A stretch of 63,893 nt of DNA, filler included, from Octopus bimaculoides (Eukaryota): assembly GCF_001194135.2 (NCBI RefSeq). It is 10 parts of 8 records of this genome, joined end to end, with 100 filler letters (N's around TTAATTAATTAA, not from the genome) between each part and the next. Parts side by side here need not be neighbours in the genome. Positions count along the whole stretch, not along the records: positions 24,656 to 37,874 come from NC_069008.1; positions 37,975 to 51,238 come from NC_068982.1; 8 more parts are not named here. The stretch is one strand, 5' to 3'. Below are positions 37,741 through 51,338 of the stretch, piece after piece (within the stretch, counting starts at the first letter, position 1; every line of letters begins with the position of its first letter). The notes under the pieces were generated by a model that worked only from the letters and a program-made list of their open reading frames with translations, made no database searches and was not told the origin of the DNA. The position numbers and the translations under genes are program-made.

Positions 37741-37830
37741 CTACAAAAAACAGGGCACATTAAAGGGAAGAATTAGTATAGTTTTAATTACATCTTGACA
37801 CTAAACAAAATACAAGTCAAAATAAAGAAC

Positions 37831-37874
<44 letters not shown>

Positions 37875-37979
37875 NNNNNNNNNNNNNNNNNNNNNNNNNN
37901 NNNNNNNNNNNNNNNNNNTTAATTAATTAANNNNNNNNNNNNNNNNNNNNNNNNNNNNNNNNNNNNNNNNNNNNATATA

Positions 37980-38021
<42 letters not shown>

Positions 38022-38197
38022 TATAAATGAATACGTGAGTGTATAACTATAGGTGTGTAAACAAGAAGCTATACATGTACGTACGCACACACACACACAC
38101 ACACACACACGAAGATATAAGGTATACGCATATATGGATGTACATCAAATGCGTAAAATATATTCGATTGACAGACAACATAGCCAAAATGAGTGGC

Positions 38198-38239
<42 letters not shown>

Positions 38240-38659
38240 GTTGTTGTTGTTAGTGGTAATGGTAGTAGTTGTTACAGGTATGGTCTTGGTGACAACGCTG
38301 TCGACATTGTGTCATGATGAAAGTCCAAAGTCTTTTATTGTATTTGGTCTTAAATTAATATTGATATGTTATTACAAACAACCTGCTTCACCTGTAAACT
38401 TTATTTATTTATTTATATATTTTTTACATCACACCTTAGTTCCCCTCGACCTATTACCCTTCGATCCGTACTACACCTGTTGGCTGTTCTTCAACATGTC
38501 ACCTTACGCTTCAATCAATAACCATCCTAACGCATTGCACAATGTTTCTATCATGCGAACCACACGCATGATTGCGTTCATGGTGATCTTCTATGCCTCA
38601 TTGGTTTATTGCTTTCGATAAGATAGATAATAAAAAGTCAGCCAGACAAACAAACAAAC

Positions 38660-38717
<58 letters not shown>

Positions 38718-38781
38718 CGAAAATGTTAAAGAAAGAATGAGAGAAGACGATAGATATGCGTTTATATAAATATATATATCC

Positions 38782-39163
38782 TTCGCAACCACGTGGTTCA
38801 GGGTTCAATCCCACTCACTAATTGGCACCGTGGGCAAGTGACTTCTACTATAGCCCCGGGCCGACCAACGCTTTGTCAATAGATTTGGTAGACGGAAACT
38901 GAAAGAAGCCCGTCGTACATATGTGTGTGCGTGGGTGTGTGTGTGTGTGTATGCATGTGTATGCATGTCTGTGTGTGTGTGTGTGTGTGTGTGCCTTTGA
39001 GTCTATGTTTGTCTCGCACAACACTCATTTGACAACTGACAACCGGTGTTGGTGTGTTTACATCCTCGAAACAGTTGTTCGGCAAAAGAGCCTATAGAAT
39101 ATTACTAGGCTTCAGAAATAAGTCCCGTGTTCGATCTGTTCGACTAAAACCCTTCAAGGTGGA
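38782..39163 (+). mobile_element. Abundant tRNA-derived SINE with an internal (TG)n
   Basis: GGGTTCAATCCC B box, body GGGCAAGTG.CTTCTACTATAGCCCCGGGCCGACCAA...GTAGACGGAAACTGAAAGAAGCCCGTCG. Other copies at 40264-40405 (+), 49211-49620 (-), 54848-55200 (-), 59910-60130 (+) and 61903-62115 (-). Confidence 0.9.
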
Positions 39164-39356
39164 NNNNNNNNNNNNNNNNNNNNNNNNNNNNNNNNNNNNN
39201 NNNNNNNNNNNNNNNNNNNNNNNNNNNNNNNNNNNNNNNNNNNNNNNNNNNNNNNNNNNNNNNNNNNNNNNNNNNNNNNNNNNNNNNNNNNNNNNNNNNN
39301 NNNNNNNNNNNNNNNNNNNNNNNNNNNNNNNNNNNNNNNNNNNNNNNNNNNNNNNN

Positions 39357-39409
<53 letters not shown>

Positions 39410-40263
39410 CATACATATATATAAACAGACACACACACTCACATACACTCACACACACATACACACACATATGCACGCATGTATACAACGAAACATTGTT
39501 AGATTTTTTTAATGCTGGGGTACAATATGAATTTGGTTGTTATTTCTAGCAGAGTAAGCAACTGCTTAGAGGCTCCCATATAATCTATTATTGTTTTCAA
39601 AACACCCTCACATACATACACACACACCCCCCACACATATATGCATATATATATGTACATGTATACACACACATACAAACACACCCTCTCACACACACAG
39701 ACATACACACCTATAAAATATATTGATTATCTATGAATATAACAGCGGTTAAAACCTGCTGAAACGACAAAACGCGACTAGTTACGCAGTTACGCCCTTC
39801 TGTGTCCCGAGTTCAAGTCCCACGGGGTTCGTCGTGGCCTTTTATCTCACCTTTGTCTGTCTCTCTCTCTCTCTCCTTTTCGCTCTCTTTCTCTCTTTCT
39901 CTTTCTATAGTGGGTGGGAACGGATATCGTCCCTGTCACGATGTAATCGGTTCCATCACCTCTCTTTGACAACTGACATGTAAAGAAGAGAGAAATCTAT
40001 AAAGGTTATAAAGATCAAGGAAAATCACACAAGCAAACTGATGACCATGTAAATAGAAATAATTGGTGAATCGACCCCCAGATCCTTGGGCATTATTCAT
40101 CTTATTGACCCCTAATCGCCAGAACAATAAAAGAGGGAGATAAATCTCAACGGGAATTGAAGTTCAAATTCGGAAGGACGAAGTTGAATTTCTGTATAGC
40201 AATTAGTAATGAACTCATTTATTTAAAGAGAGAAAAAAAAAACAAAAAACAATTAAGAACAAT

Positions 40264-40405
40264 ATGGGCGCAGGGATGGGTGCAATTTTAAAAAGCTTGA
40301 TTCCCAACCATGTGGTCTTGAGCAGCACTTTGGACAAGTGTCTTTTACTATAGCCCTGGGTCGACCAATGCCTCGTGTGTGGATTTGTTAGGCGGAAAAT
40401 AAAAG
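40264..40405 (+). mobile_element. tRNA-derived SINE, 5' part
   Basis: Shares GGACAAGTGTCTTTTACTATAGCCCTGGGTCGACCAATGCC with 38782-39163. Confidence 0.8.
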
Positions 40406-42044
40406 NNNNNNNNNNNNNNNNNNNNNNNNNNNNNNNNNNNNNNNNNNNNNNNNNNNNNNNNNNNNNNNNNNNNNNNNNNNNNNNNNNNNNNNNNNNNNNN
40501 NNNNNNNNNNNNNNNNNNNNNNNNNNNNNNNNNNNNNNNNNNNNNNNNNNNNNNNNNNNNNNNNNNNNNNNNNNNNNNNNNNNNNNNNNNNNNNNNNNNN
40601 NNNNNNNNNNNNNNNNNNNNNNNNNNNNNNNNNNNNNNNNNNNNNNNNNNNNNNNNNNNNNNNNNNNNNNNNNNNNNNNATATATATATAATATACATAC
40701 ATAACGTACTTCTCTCCCAAAATAAATTATAACTGACAAGTTTTCTTGTAAGAAAACATCTAAAGTAAAACAATGGGGTAACTCTTTTTAAGTTACGTCG
40801 CATAATTTCTTTGACGAATACAGTGCTTGTCAGGAGGGTTCTAGATGTTGTTCGTTGAATTTATCTACCTTTTAGGGGATTAGTTATCCACTAGTTGTAG
40901 ATGCAAGCATATCTGAGTAGTTAAAATGTCTGCTTTGCAGCAATGAAGACCTGGTCTCAACTCTTTAGCGCGGTATATTGCACAAGTTCATTTACCATAG
41001 TCACCTGTCGACCCAAGCCTTTTGAATGAATTTGAGTAACCGAAAACCGTGTTGAAGCTTATCAAATGGTTTTATCAATAATTCAAAGGTCAATCTTGTC
41101 ACACACTGTGAAACGTTGATTCTATCTTACAATTACATTAAGAGTACACGTTTTTGTGGGGTACTCAGTCATTCTGTACACTACTTCAATGTGCAGGTTG
41201 TCCTGTTGATCGAACAAACGGAGATCCATACAGGCAAATCGACCTGAGAATCCATCATACCACCTTCGGACCTTCTATTGTGTCGATCAGCATATTAAAA
41301 TTACATCAGACTCCTGAGCTTTTTTGAAAATAGAGTGCCAGATTGCCAAATGCATTTTTCTGTAAATAAAACGGAAGGATGAGGCTTGAACATATTTTAA
41401 TCATAGGTCAGCACTTGCAGAACTGATATGGGACTGAACAATACTATAACTAAGAGTTGCAATTAATCAACTGGAGAGTGGCTAATGCAAAATTATACCG
41501 CAAAAATTCTTTGACGAATACAGTGCTTATCAGGAAAGTTCCAGAAGTTATAACGCAAAATTTCTTCAAGTATCCTCTTGATAATGAATGAATATACTGG
41601 TTAATGTAGTCTTAGAGATGCAATTCCTTAAAGAAGGATAGGAATGGTAATAAGTAAAGCACTTTTGATCATATTTTTGCTTAGTGTAAGGCTCGGGAGT
41701 TAAACAAATGTCTAACACTGGGTGAACTCAGTCAATATAAGGTAAATATTGTCTTGATCATTGACACAACATAGCACCTGTATGAGAATATTAACCAACC
41801 ATTCTTAATGAGTACCATTCACTTAAACAACCTGCAACTCCTCTTTCTAACTTTTCTCAAACCGTTTTCTCTAAAGTCACGATTTAGCTGAGTTGTTTAA
41901 ACACTGCGTAAAAAGTCTTTTGGCATTCATTCTTGCTATCTTCTGAGTTCAGATCCTGCTGGGCTCAACTTCATCTTTTCGTAGACGATATAAATATGCT
42001 ACCTGCCAAGTACTGGGGTGGAAACTGCTTTTGAAACACACACA

Positions 42045-42105
<61 letters not shown>

Positions 42106-42628
42106 TGTCTCTCCCTGTCTCTCCCTCTCTCTCTCTTTCTTTCTCATCTCGGATAAGCATGACTGGAATGGTCTTAGACGGCCATGGATAGTAATTTGAC
42201 TACGGGACTCGTAACTGATTATGAAAGTTATAATGTATTAAGGAGGATCGTGACCTTGAACCACAGTTGCTAAGTGCCAATGATGACGATGACTTTTGAT
42301 GATAGGTCGGCTTTCTAAAGATTCACCTTAGAACTAAACAACAACACTAATATACACAATGATGATTTATTTAATCTAGATACATTGACCTTTGGAACAA
42401 GATACAATATCATCGTCACCAGAATATTACTTGTACTTATTTTATAACCGAAGGGGGCATGAAAAACAAAATCAGTAAAAGATTTGAACCGAAGAACAAG
42501 AGACACAAAACGAAATGCTCTAATACATTTACTGTAAAGCTGTATGGCCACAATAATCGACATAGGTTTAAACAAGTATTTCAGCGACGTCAGTCTAAGT
42601 GTAATTGGTAATATTCAATAAGCATTAT

Positions 42629-42820
42629 GATGGCGAGTTGGTAGAATCGTTAGCACGCCGGACAAATTACTTAACGGTATTGTGAGTTCAAATTCCGCCA
42701 AGGTTGACTTTCCATTTTATCATTTCGGGGCCGATAAAATAAGTACAAGTTGAGCCCTGGAGTCGATACAATCGACTTATTTGCTCCCGTAAAATTGCTG
42801 TCCTTGTGACACATTTTCAA
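42629..42820 (+). mobile_element. tRNA-derived SINE with a Meta-domain-like core
   Basis: TGGCGAGTTGGTAGAATCGTTAG A box, GAGTTCAAATTCC B box and core GGTTGACTTTCC...CATTTCGGGGCCGATAAAATAAGTAC. Degenerate copies near 39765-39850, 40060-40190 and 41880-42030. Confidence 0.8.
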
Positions 42821-44150
42821 ATTAATATTCAGTAATTATAATAGTCTTGGACAGTAATTATAATAGTCTAGAATTCCGCGGATGTTTCACAGCGCTCAAG
42901 CAGACACAAAGTAAAACAGAGATCCTTGTAACAACAACAACCACAGCAGCTGCAGCAACAACAATGATGAGTCAGCGCGGGACCTTTTTGGAGTTCTTTC
43001 GACCAACAAGAAAAATAGCCCATTGGAACCCCCATGCTATGGTCTTAAAAAGGAAACAACCCATAAATGTTTAATACAGTCGCAAATAATACATGACTAA
43101 ATGAAAATAAGGGACAGGATGCTTATGGCTGGAGCACCTTTGATTATTAGGTTTGCTTCACTGGGCCATATCTGGAGAGAAGTCTAAAAACTAAAAACAC
43201 CAGTAACTTAAGAAATAACAATAACACTATCAACAGATATTAGAAGATCCAGAAGAGGCGCATTTTCTGAGGCGTAATATTCATTCTTGTGTTTCCTTTT
43301 TACTTAAGTATTGTTTGTCTTCTAAGGCGTAATAAATTGAAACAGTGACTATTAGTAGCGTAAAATAAGGGTAGAAAACGAGATTAGATAAATGTATTCA
43401 CCCAAGCATGGATTGTTCCTTAGAGAAAAGCAAAGAAGATGAATAAATAAATAACGTTACGAAGAAAGAAAGGAAATTAAATAAATAGAATAAAATAAAA
43501 AGTAAAAAGAAATCAAGAAGAATCACGAATTCTTCGAGCGTGAAATAGAATATTTTTACAAACACTGAGTGATTGGATTTTATGATTGTGAACGGTCTAA
43601 TAAGTGTAGTGAAAGTAAGTATATAGTGACTGAATAGTCAAATGCATCTATACGTCAATCCTTCTGATGTCACCTGTCTGTCCATCCATAAATTTAAATC
43701 TATACATAGGCACACACACATACATGCAATTACCACACACGCATATACTTGTATACATAATACAAACATATAAATATACACACGCACACACACATTATAT
43801 AAACAGATATATGTGTGTGTATATTTGTGTGTGTGTGTGTTTGTGTGTACATACATGCACACATACAAGTGTATGTGTGTGTGCTTGTGTGTGCGGAAGC
43901 ATATAGGCATAATTCTATTATACATGGAAAATAGAAATTTATAAACTCTTAAGTTAGACGCTCCACCCTTCTATCTCCCAAGCGACTAAAAGGATCTGTC
44001 GCAACAGGACTTCTTAGTATATAGCAACATAAAAGCGTACGCCCCTCTATTTCTTTCTCTTTATATACATACGTATGTATTTCTCTTTATATACATACGT
44101 ACATGCGTTTCTCTTTACATACATACGTACATGCATATATACACACACAG

Positions 44151-44186
<36 letters not shown>

Positions 44187-45345
44187 ATACATAGACACAC
44201 ACACACACACACACACACAAACATACAAGACCACCGACATTATGACCAGGTGATTAAAAGTTCGCTTCATAATCGTGGGTCCTGGGTTCAATCTCGTTGC
44301 TTGGCATCCTAAGAAAACGTGTTTTTCTAGCTTCAAATCGATTGTTTTNNNNNNNNNNNNNNNNNNNNNNNNNNNNNNNNNNNNNNNNNNNNNNNNNNNN
44401 NNNNNNNNNNNNNNNNNNNNNNNNNNNNNNNNNNNNNNNNNNNNNNNNNNNNNNNNNNNNNNNNNNNNNNNNNNNNNNNNNNNNNNNNNNNNNNNNNNNN
44501 NNNNNNNNNNNNNNNNNNNNNNNNNNNNNNNNNNNNNNNNNNNNNNNNNNNNNNNNNNNNNNNNNNNNNNNNNNNNNNNNNNNNNNNNNNNNNNNNNNNN
44601 NNNNNNNNNNNNNNNNNNNNNNNNNNNNNNNNNNNNNNNNNNNNNNNNNNNNNNNNNNNNNNNNNNNNNNNNNNNNNNNNNNNNNNNNNNNNNNNNNNNN
44701 NNNNNNNNNNNNNNNNNNNNNNNNNNNNNNNNNNNNNNNNNNNNNNNNNNNNNNNNNNNNNNNNNNNNATGTGCCTTATCTTTCAAATCCTGGCAGCCAC
44801 ACTGAAGGTGGAGGCAGGATAATAATTTATTTCTACACTTTATTACATTCAGAAATATAAACGTTTTTAAGCACAACACACGCCGAGTCAAAAAGAAACA
44901 TTACCTTCCACCGGAACACCGGGGTCGGGACTGTCGTTCACGCAATGCTCTCTCTTCCTCGGACATGTGAGCATGCGGACAACAGCCAAACTCCGCGTCG
45001 CTGGAACTGTGAAGCGCACAGTTCTATACAAGGATTTTGTATTTTTTTTTTCATAAACTAGGGGATGGCTACTGGCATTAAGCTTAAGGATTATATAATG
45101 TATAAGTATAAAGAAAGAATTAAAGAATAAAAGGACATATATTGAATGTTATCGATAATATCGAGTGGAAATAGGGGATGCTGTAGTTCTGCAGTTCCTA
45201 TGCATGAGCTGCCACTGGCCTGGACACAAACAAATCAATCCCAGTTGTCAAATGGTGACACATACATGCATACATACATACATACATACATGCATACATA
45301 CATACATACATACACACACGTACACACACCCACACACGTACTCAC

Positions 45346-45381
<36 letters not shown>

Positions 45382-46259
45382 TTGCACATGTAACGGGTTG
45401 TCAAAACGATTTCTGCATACCAAGTTCTCTAATAAATATAGATATAATGAAGATATAGTGGAAGACACTCGTTCAAGACTTCAGGCAGTGGGGCTGAGCC
45501 TAAAATTATATGAGTGAGAAGCGATTGCACCTAATATCAAATGTATAATGTATAAAAAGATACATACAAGATACACATAAGCACGTAAGCAACACACATA
45601 CACGCACAAATATACATGCATACATCGATATATATCCACATACTTCTCTTTATTCGTATATACATACATGTATATATTCATACATGCTCTTAATATGCCT
45701 AAGAAATATATCAGGTATATATGAAACTTAAATACCCATTATGTATCCAGACTTAAATAGTGGTTGTTTTCTTTTTTCTTTAGCTTAAACAGTATTCAAA
45801 TGTTGGGGCAAGGTTTTTATTTACAAATGGCGTATCTTTTATACACTCTGTGGTTATAGCAAGAATGCTAACAAAACTAAACACATTAAAAACTGGAACC
45901 TCACGCCAAAAAAAAAAAAAAAAAGATTTCTGGTATCATTTGAGCACTTGTGTGGAATGTGCACATAATGAAATAATTTAGTGTGACTGTATAAGAGCTC
46001 CTTTTTGATTTGTTTTGCTACGCTTCGTTTCCGTTTTGCGATTAATATGGCAGTTATAAAAGTAACGCATTCTCTAAATATTGTCTCTGACACAAGTTTA
46101 TATAGTGTAAGGTAAAAATATAAAATAAAATAAAAATTTAAACTTAAATCGCGGTATATAACGTATATATTTTAATACACATCTTTTGATTTGTTTTTTA
46201 ACATCTGATCGTTAATATTTTTCCTGTGTTTTTAAAAATTCCGAAAAATACATGTTGTT

Positions 46260-46292
46260 GATTGGCACTTCCGAGTACGGAAGTAGCCAATC
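46260..46292. promoter_or_regulatory. Palindrome containing two ETS-like CGGAAGT sites and two CCAAT boxes
   Basis: GATTGGCACTTCCG-AGTA-CGGAAGTAGCCAATC: a 14-bp stem with one bulge. Confidence 0.3.
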
Positions 46293-47599
46293 GAATTAAA
46301 TCTTTTTCTATATTACTGGTACTTGTATCACCGAAGCGAAATGCATAAAAACAAACAAAGCAAAATATTAATCAAGTGCATTAACAGTTTTCCGGTCATT
46401 TCATGGGACTAAAATTTCCATGGAGCATAGGTGCAGGTGAAGGTTGATGGTACTAACCGAGGATCGAAACATAACCTCAGATTAAACTGATAAGGAAGTT
46501 ACCACCATCATAGAACGTTCAGACTGTAGCTTAGAGTTTGCTTCTGGATCCCTGCCAAAGACGTGACACAACTGTAATTCACAAAAAAGAATGACAAAAA
46601 TATTGGTTTCATTTCTTATGGACACCTTTGAATCTCGCCACTACAATTAAGCGGGTACGAATCCTTTGACTTTACCCCTGGCAGACGCACAACAGACAGT
46701 TACGTGATTTTATTTTATTTTATTTATTTGTGTATTTTGTTTACAGCTCATTATTTTCAGCTGGAAACGCAAAACTATGAGGACCACCCACCCTTTTCGT
46801 CTTCTAGGGATCAGTCAAATAAAAGTACTCCCACAAAATCGTACTCGTGGGTTCAAAGTTGGAGAACAAAAAGAGGATACAATAATCATGCCTTTCATTT
46901 CAGAAGGTAATATATTATTCTAATGAATGTATTGTAAAATAAAAACAGGACTCTTTAACTTTATCCATTCGAAATATACACGAAAGATACACAATGGAAT
47001 AATATATTCACATTAAATATACACAATAAAATAGTATACGAAAAAGCACCAGTCAGCGTAAAAATTGTCTTTCGTACAGGAATATTGATAACTCTTTATT
47101 TATCAATGAGCATGAGCAATAAATACTATATACTGGCATATATTGCAGATGGAGGCGCAATTTAGAAGAAATGATTAGTATACATGTATAATGGCTGCAA
47201 CTCTATTTCTGCTCATGTTTAAGAGAACAATGCTATTGCTCGATTGTTCTCTTAAATATGAGCAACAAGTATGTGGCTTTTCTGTCCTACTTGGGGTTTA
47301 TACTCTTTTACACAGATGTGGTAACGATGGACACCCCTTGCAGTAAGTATTCAAAGAACTTGCGAAATTTTTCAGAAAATCTTTTGCATTTTTCGGCTAC
47401 GAACAACTGTAGTATGCAACACATAATAGAGATGTTAAAAATCAAATAATACCTGTGACTCAAGCTTTTTAAATCGCAGAAAGGCCCTGCACAGAGTTAA
47501 TTCCATTCTCCAAACAACTAATCCATTGCCCAGAGACAAGAATTATTCTGCAACATTGAATGCAAAGGAAGACGTACATGTAACATCAAAGTTTTCTTT

Positions 47600-47825
47600 C
47601 TCTCAGAAAGATGTCTAAACAAAGAACGGGTTTCTCTTACATCCAGCTGTTGGATATTAGTGTTATTGATAACATAGAACAACCTGTCCCATAGTCGGGC
47701 TGTCTGCGAGTAAACCGTCTATCTTACCAAGCCTGCTTGGTAAGGAAAGTGGTTTTCATTTGAGATTTGCAAGGCAAAAGCCAAAGCCTATCGAAGGGCG
47801 GATGAACGCAGTATAGTAAACGACT
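47600..47825 (+). mobile_element. Repeat resembling a CR1/L2 LINE 3' end; second copy at 50790-50982
   Basis: Both copies share GTTATTGATAACAT, CAACCTG.CCCATAGTC.GGC, CTATCTTACCAAGCCTG..TGGTAAGGAAAGTGGTT and TGCAAGGCAAAAG. Degenerate ..IT(W)NNL translation. Hairpin CTTACCAAG-CCTG-CTTGGTAAG. Confidence 0.5.
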
Positions 47826-48175
47826 ATCAAACATACGTACATATATATTTAGATACAAACATACAAACACACAACCACACACACATATGTATATGATATT
47901 ATATAAAATAATATCTATCTATCTATACATATATACATACATACGCAACAGGCGACAATAAAACATCCGGACAGTTAGACAGACGATACAAAAAGGACAG
48001 GAAAAAACAAGGACGGGTGACATATACATTTAGCATAAGGGATTCTTTCTTGTCTTGGGATTCACGGTCAAACGACTGGGTGGAATTGCACGAAAAATTA
48101 CACAGATGTGTAGAAAGATCCGGTGGTGTTGCTGGGATTTGTATATTTTCATAGCTCCTATAGTTACCGAGATAA

Positions 48176-48627
48176 TCTACTATAATAATACTCGTGTGTT
48201 TATGAATGAGAACGGAAGGGGTGATAGATGAATATCGAAGGAAGGGGTGATGTCATGCTTGGTAGTGGGATGATGAAAATTGTACGCAGAAAATAAATCA
48301 AACAGCGTTTCAACTCTGTGTGAATATATGTGTGCATATGTAAAAGGGTGGTACGTGAATGTGTGTGTTTGTGTGTGTGCGTGTGCGCGCAATGGAAGTG
48401 GGATGGTTCATCTTCGTTCGCTTAGTATTTGGGTTTATTTTTGATTTGGTTGAATCTTGGGTGATTTTTTTTTTGTTGGTCAGTTTTTTTTAGCGTTTTG
48501 ACAGAAAAAGTCATTCTAAAATTGCTTTTTAACGTAAGCATTCCCAAACAAGTCGAGTGCTTACACAGAGCAGGTTTTACAGCCACATCATCCAAACCGA
48601 CCGGGTGAAACCGGGATTAGCTGCTAG
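48176..48627 (+). mobile_element. Complete 452-bp non-autonomous Helitron
   Basis: A|TCTACTATAATAA 5' end, GC-rich hairpin CCGG-GTGAAA-CCGG at 48601-48614, CTAG|T 3' end, A/T insertion site and no TSD. Confidence 0.8.
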
Positions 48628-48929
48628 TATATATATATATATATGTATGTATGTCATTCAGTTTTATTTCAAGATTTCTTGCCAATAGAGAAATAGAGAA
48701 AGAGCCGGTTTCCTTCATTGGAATTTCAACATCAACAACAGGGTGTATATGTAAGTATGTATGTATGTATGTATGTAATCGGTCAGCTGTTCAAAGCTCC
48801 GAAAAACCTTCTTTGAGAATTAATATCTTATGTAGACGTTGATTATGGCCGGTCAGAACGTTATCTTGAATTTCACGTTTGTTATATATATATACAATAT
48901 ATATATATCACGTCTGTTATACATATACA

Positions 48930-49210
48930 ACAGCAGAGACCCGCTGGCCGGAGGCACATAACCTCTATACCTCTATGTTAACGAGGTAAGAATACAGTCT
49001 TTGTTAGTATGGTAGTGAAAAGAATCCCCGAAACAAATTTTTTGAAGGGAATACCCCTTCAGGGTGAGATGGAGTTATCTCACTTTCAACGGTTTCAGTT
49101 GTTTCCGAAATGTCATACTGGATTAAATGGAAGCTCTTGGAAGAGCCTGGACCATGCTACAACGGAAGCAGATGCTGTAAACTTTGCTTGGTCAAAATGG
49201 CAAGTATTCT
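48930..49210 (+). mobile_element. Degenerate Penelope-like GIY-YIG endonuclease C-terminus
   Basis: EMELSHF and YWIKWKLLEEPGPCYNGSRCCKLCLVKMASIL match the PLE motif TELSK.IW....Y.IKW.I.....Y.N..KRC.LCL.EK..IL. Confidence 0.6.
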
Positions 49211-49620
49211 CTTTTACTCTCTTTTGCTTGTTTCAGTTATTAGACTGCGGCCATGCTGGAGCACCACCTTTATTCGAGCAAATCGACCCCAAGACTTATT
49301 CTTTGGAAGCCTAGTACTTATTCTATCGGTCACTTTTGCCGAACCGCTAAGTTACAGGGACGTAAAAACACCACCATCGGTTGTCAAGCGATGTTGGGGG
49401 GACAAACACAGATACACAAACATATACACACACATACATATATACATATATACATATATACGACGGGTTTCTTGCAGTTTCCGTCTACCAAATCCACTCA
49501 CAAGGCTTTGGTCGGCCCGAGGCTATAGTAGAAGACATTTGCTCAAGGAGCCACGCAGTGAGAATGAACCCGGAACCATGTGGTTAGTAAGCAAGCTACT
49601 TACCACACAGCCACTCCTGT
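49211..49620 (-). mobile_element. Full-length tRNA-derived SINE
   Basis: Reverse complement of the 38782 family from head (GGAGTGGCTGTGTGGTAAGTAGCTTGC...GGTTC) to the (AAAAG)-type tail. Confidence 0.92.
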
Positions 49621-50789
49621 GTCAATCAGGATGTTAAAAAATTCGTATGACCAAGGCGTGAGAATGGGCTTCTTAAATACGAAAAGTGAAATGCTTAGTC
49701 GGTGCCCTCATGATAGAAATTTCGAGTTGGAAACGTGGCTTCCCCGCTTGCTGGTTAGCGAATGGAAAACGTACATAAACTGACCCTTTGTGGACACAAC
49801 CGGAACCGTTCAAATGCACCATGCTGACCAAGACTGAGTATTACCTCCATTAGTGAAGAGGTTATGTGCCTCTGACCAGCGGGTTGGGTGAGCCGCCTAT
49901 ATTGCTAAGAGTAATGGTAACTTCCTGACCGGCCAAAACGAACGACTACATAATATGTATATGTGTGTGTGTGCGCGCGCGTGTGATAGAGAGAAAGGGA
50001 GAGAGAGAGAGGGGGACCAAAACTAATGTAATCACTTTAATGGAACTAAGGAAGTTATAAGAAGTCGGACGAATACTCAACTCTGTGTGCTATGTCTCTT
50101 ATAGCAGAAACAGTTGTATGCCAATATAAGTAAATACACAACTCCTACTCTTTTGTCGCTTATTAATTGACATTACGCTCCGTACTCATCTGATGTTTTA
50201 TTCTAAAGCATAATTAAATTGAATTCTAAACAACTGGCTATTAGTATCACTATTCTTTATGCGAAATCATTATCGTACAAATATTCACTAAGTGCTTCAG
50301 TACGTTGTTGATGAACACGTGGTATGCAGATAAATTTCACCATTGCAACTAAGGTCTTCTTTGTGTTTGATTTAAATACCGATTTGCTTTATGTTACCTC
50401 CGTGAGCAGTGTATAAGGGATTACTTGTCTACCGAGAAATGATTAATAAACCGTGTGCTACTATTATTTTCCTGCGTAGAAAGATAATAACAAACACAGT
50501 TGTTTACCGTTTTCAGACCTGTAGTGTAAATATTTGTTTTACTTTTTTCAGTCATTTGACTGCGGCCATGCTGGAGCACCGCCTTCAGTCGAACTTTTCA
50601 AATATAAAGTGGAAATATTAAAAAAATAAATATTATTTTTCATAGTACTGTTAGTTTTGTTTCGTTTCGAAAAACAAGATTTATTTTATGGTTTATTATT
50701 GTTTATAGTTTAAATTATACATATAGATTGAGACACCAAAATCCTTCAGGTGCTTAGATACTCAATGGATCTTAATCCGGCCCTGGTTC

Positions 50790-50982
50790 TCTGTTTAGAT
50801 ATAAGAACGGCTGTTATTGATAACATGAAACCCAACACAACCTGCCCCATAGTCAGGCCATCGGCGAGTAAACCTGCTATCTTACCAAGCCTGTCTGGTA
50901 AGGAAAGTGGTTGTCATTTGACACTTGCAAGGCAAAAGTCAAAGTCCGTCGAAGGATGGATGAACTCAGTAGAGTAAACGAC
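50790..50982 (+). mobile_element. Second copy of the CR1/L2-like 3' end repeat
   Basis: Aligns by eye with 47600-47825. Confidence 0.5.
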
Positions 50983-51338
50983 TGGGGAAGCAAAACGACG
51001 CAGAAACGCATGTGTCCTACGGTCGGTCCGATGACGTCTTTTATATCACATGTTGTCCGCGAGGAGAGTTTTTCTCCCAAAGCAATTTCTGTGGGGAAGG
51101 TCTTTCCAGGTCCGAGTGTACACGGACGTGTAATATATAATTGTACACACACACATATATTTCACTCAACGCTACTTCGTGCACCTCTACTTTATTTATA
51201 CATATATATGCACATATGTATGTGTGTGTATGTATATANNNNNNNNNNNNNNNNNNNNNNNNNNNNNNNNNNNNNNNNNNNNTTAATTAATTAANNNNNN
51301 NNNNNNNNNNNNNNNNNNNNNNNNNNNNNNNNNNNNNN

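Noticed and set aside
2364-48177. Shared 15-mer GTTACCGAGATAATC at ~2365 and ~48163
   Set aside because: The flanks do not align, and a match of this length is plausible by chance in an AT-rich 64-kb window.
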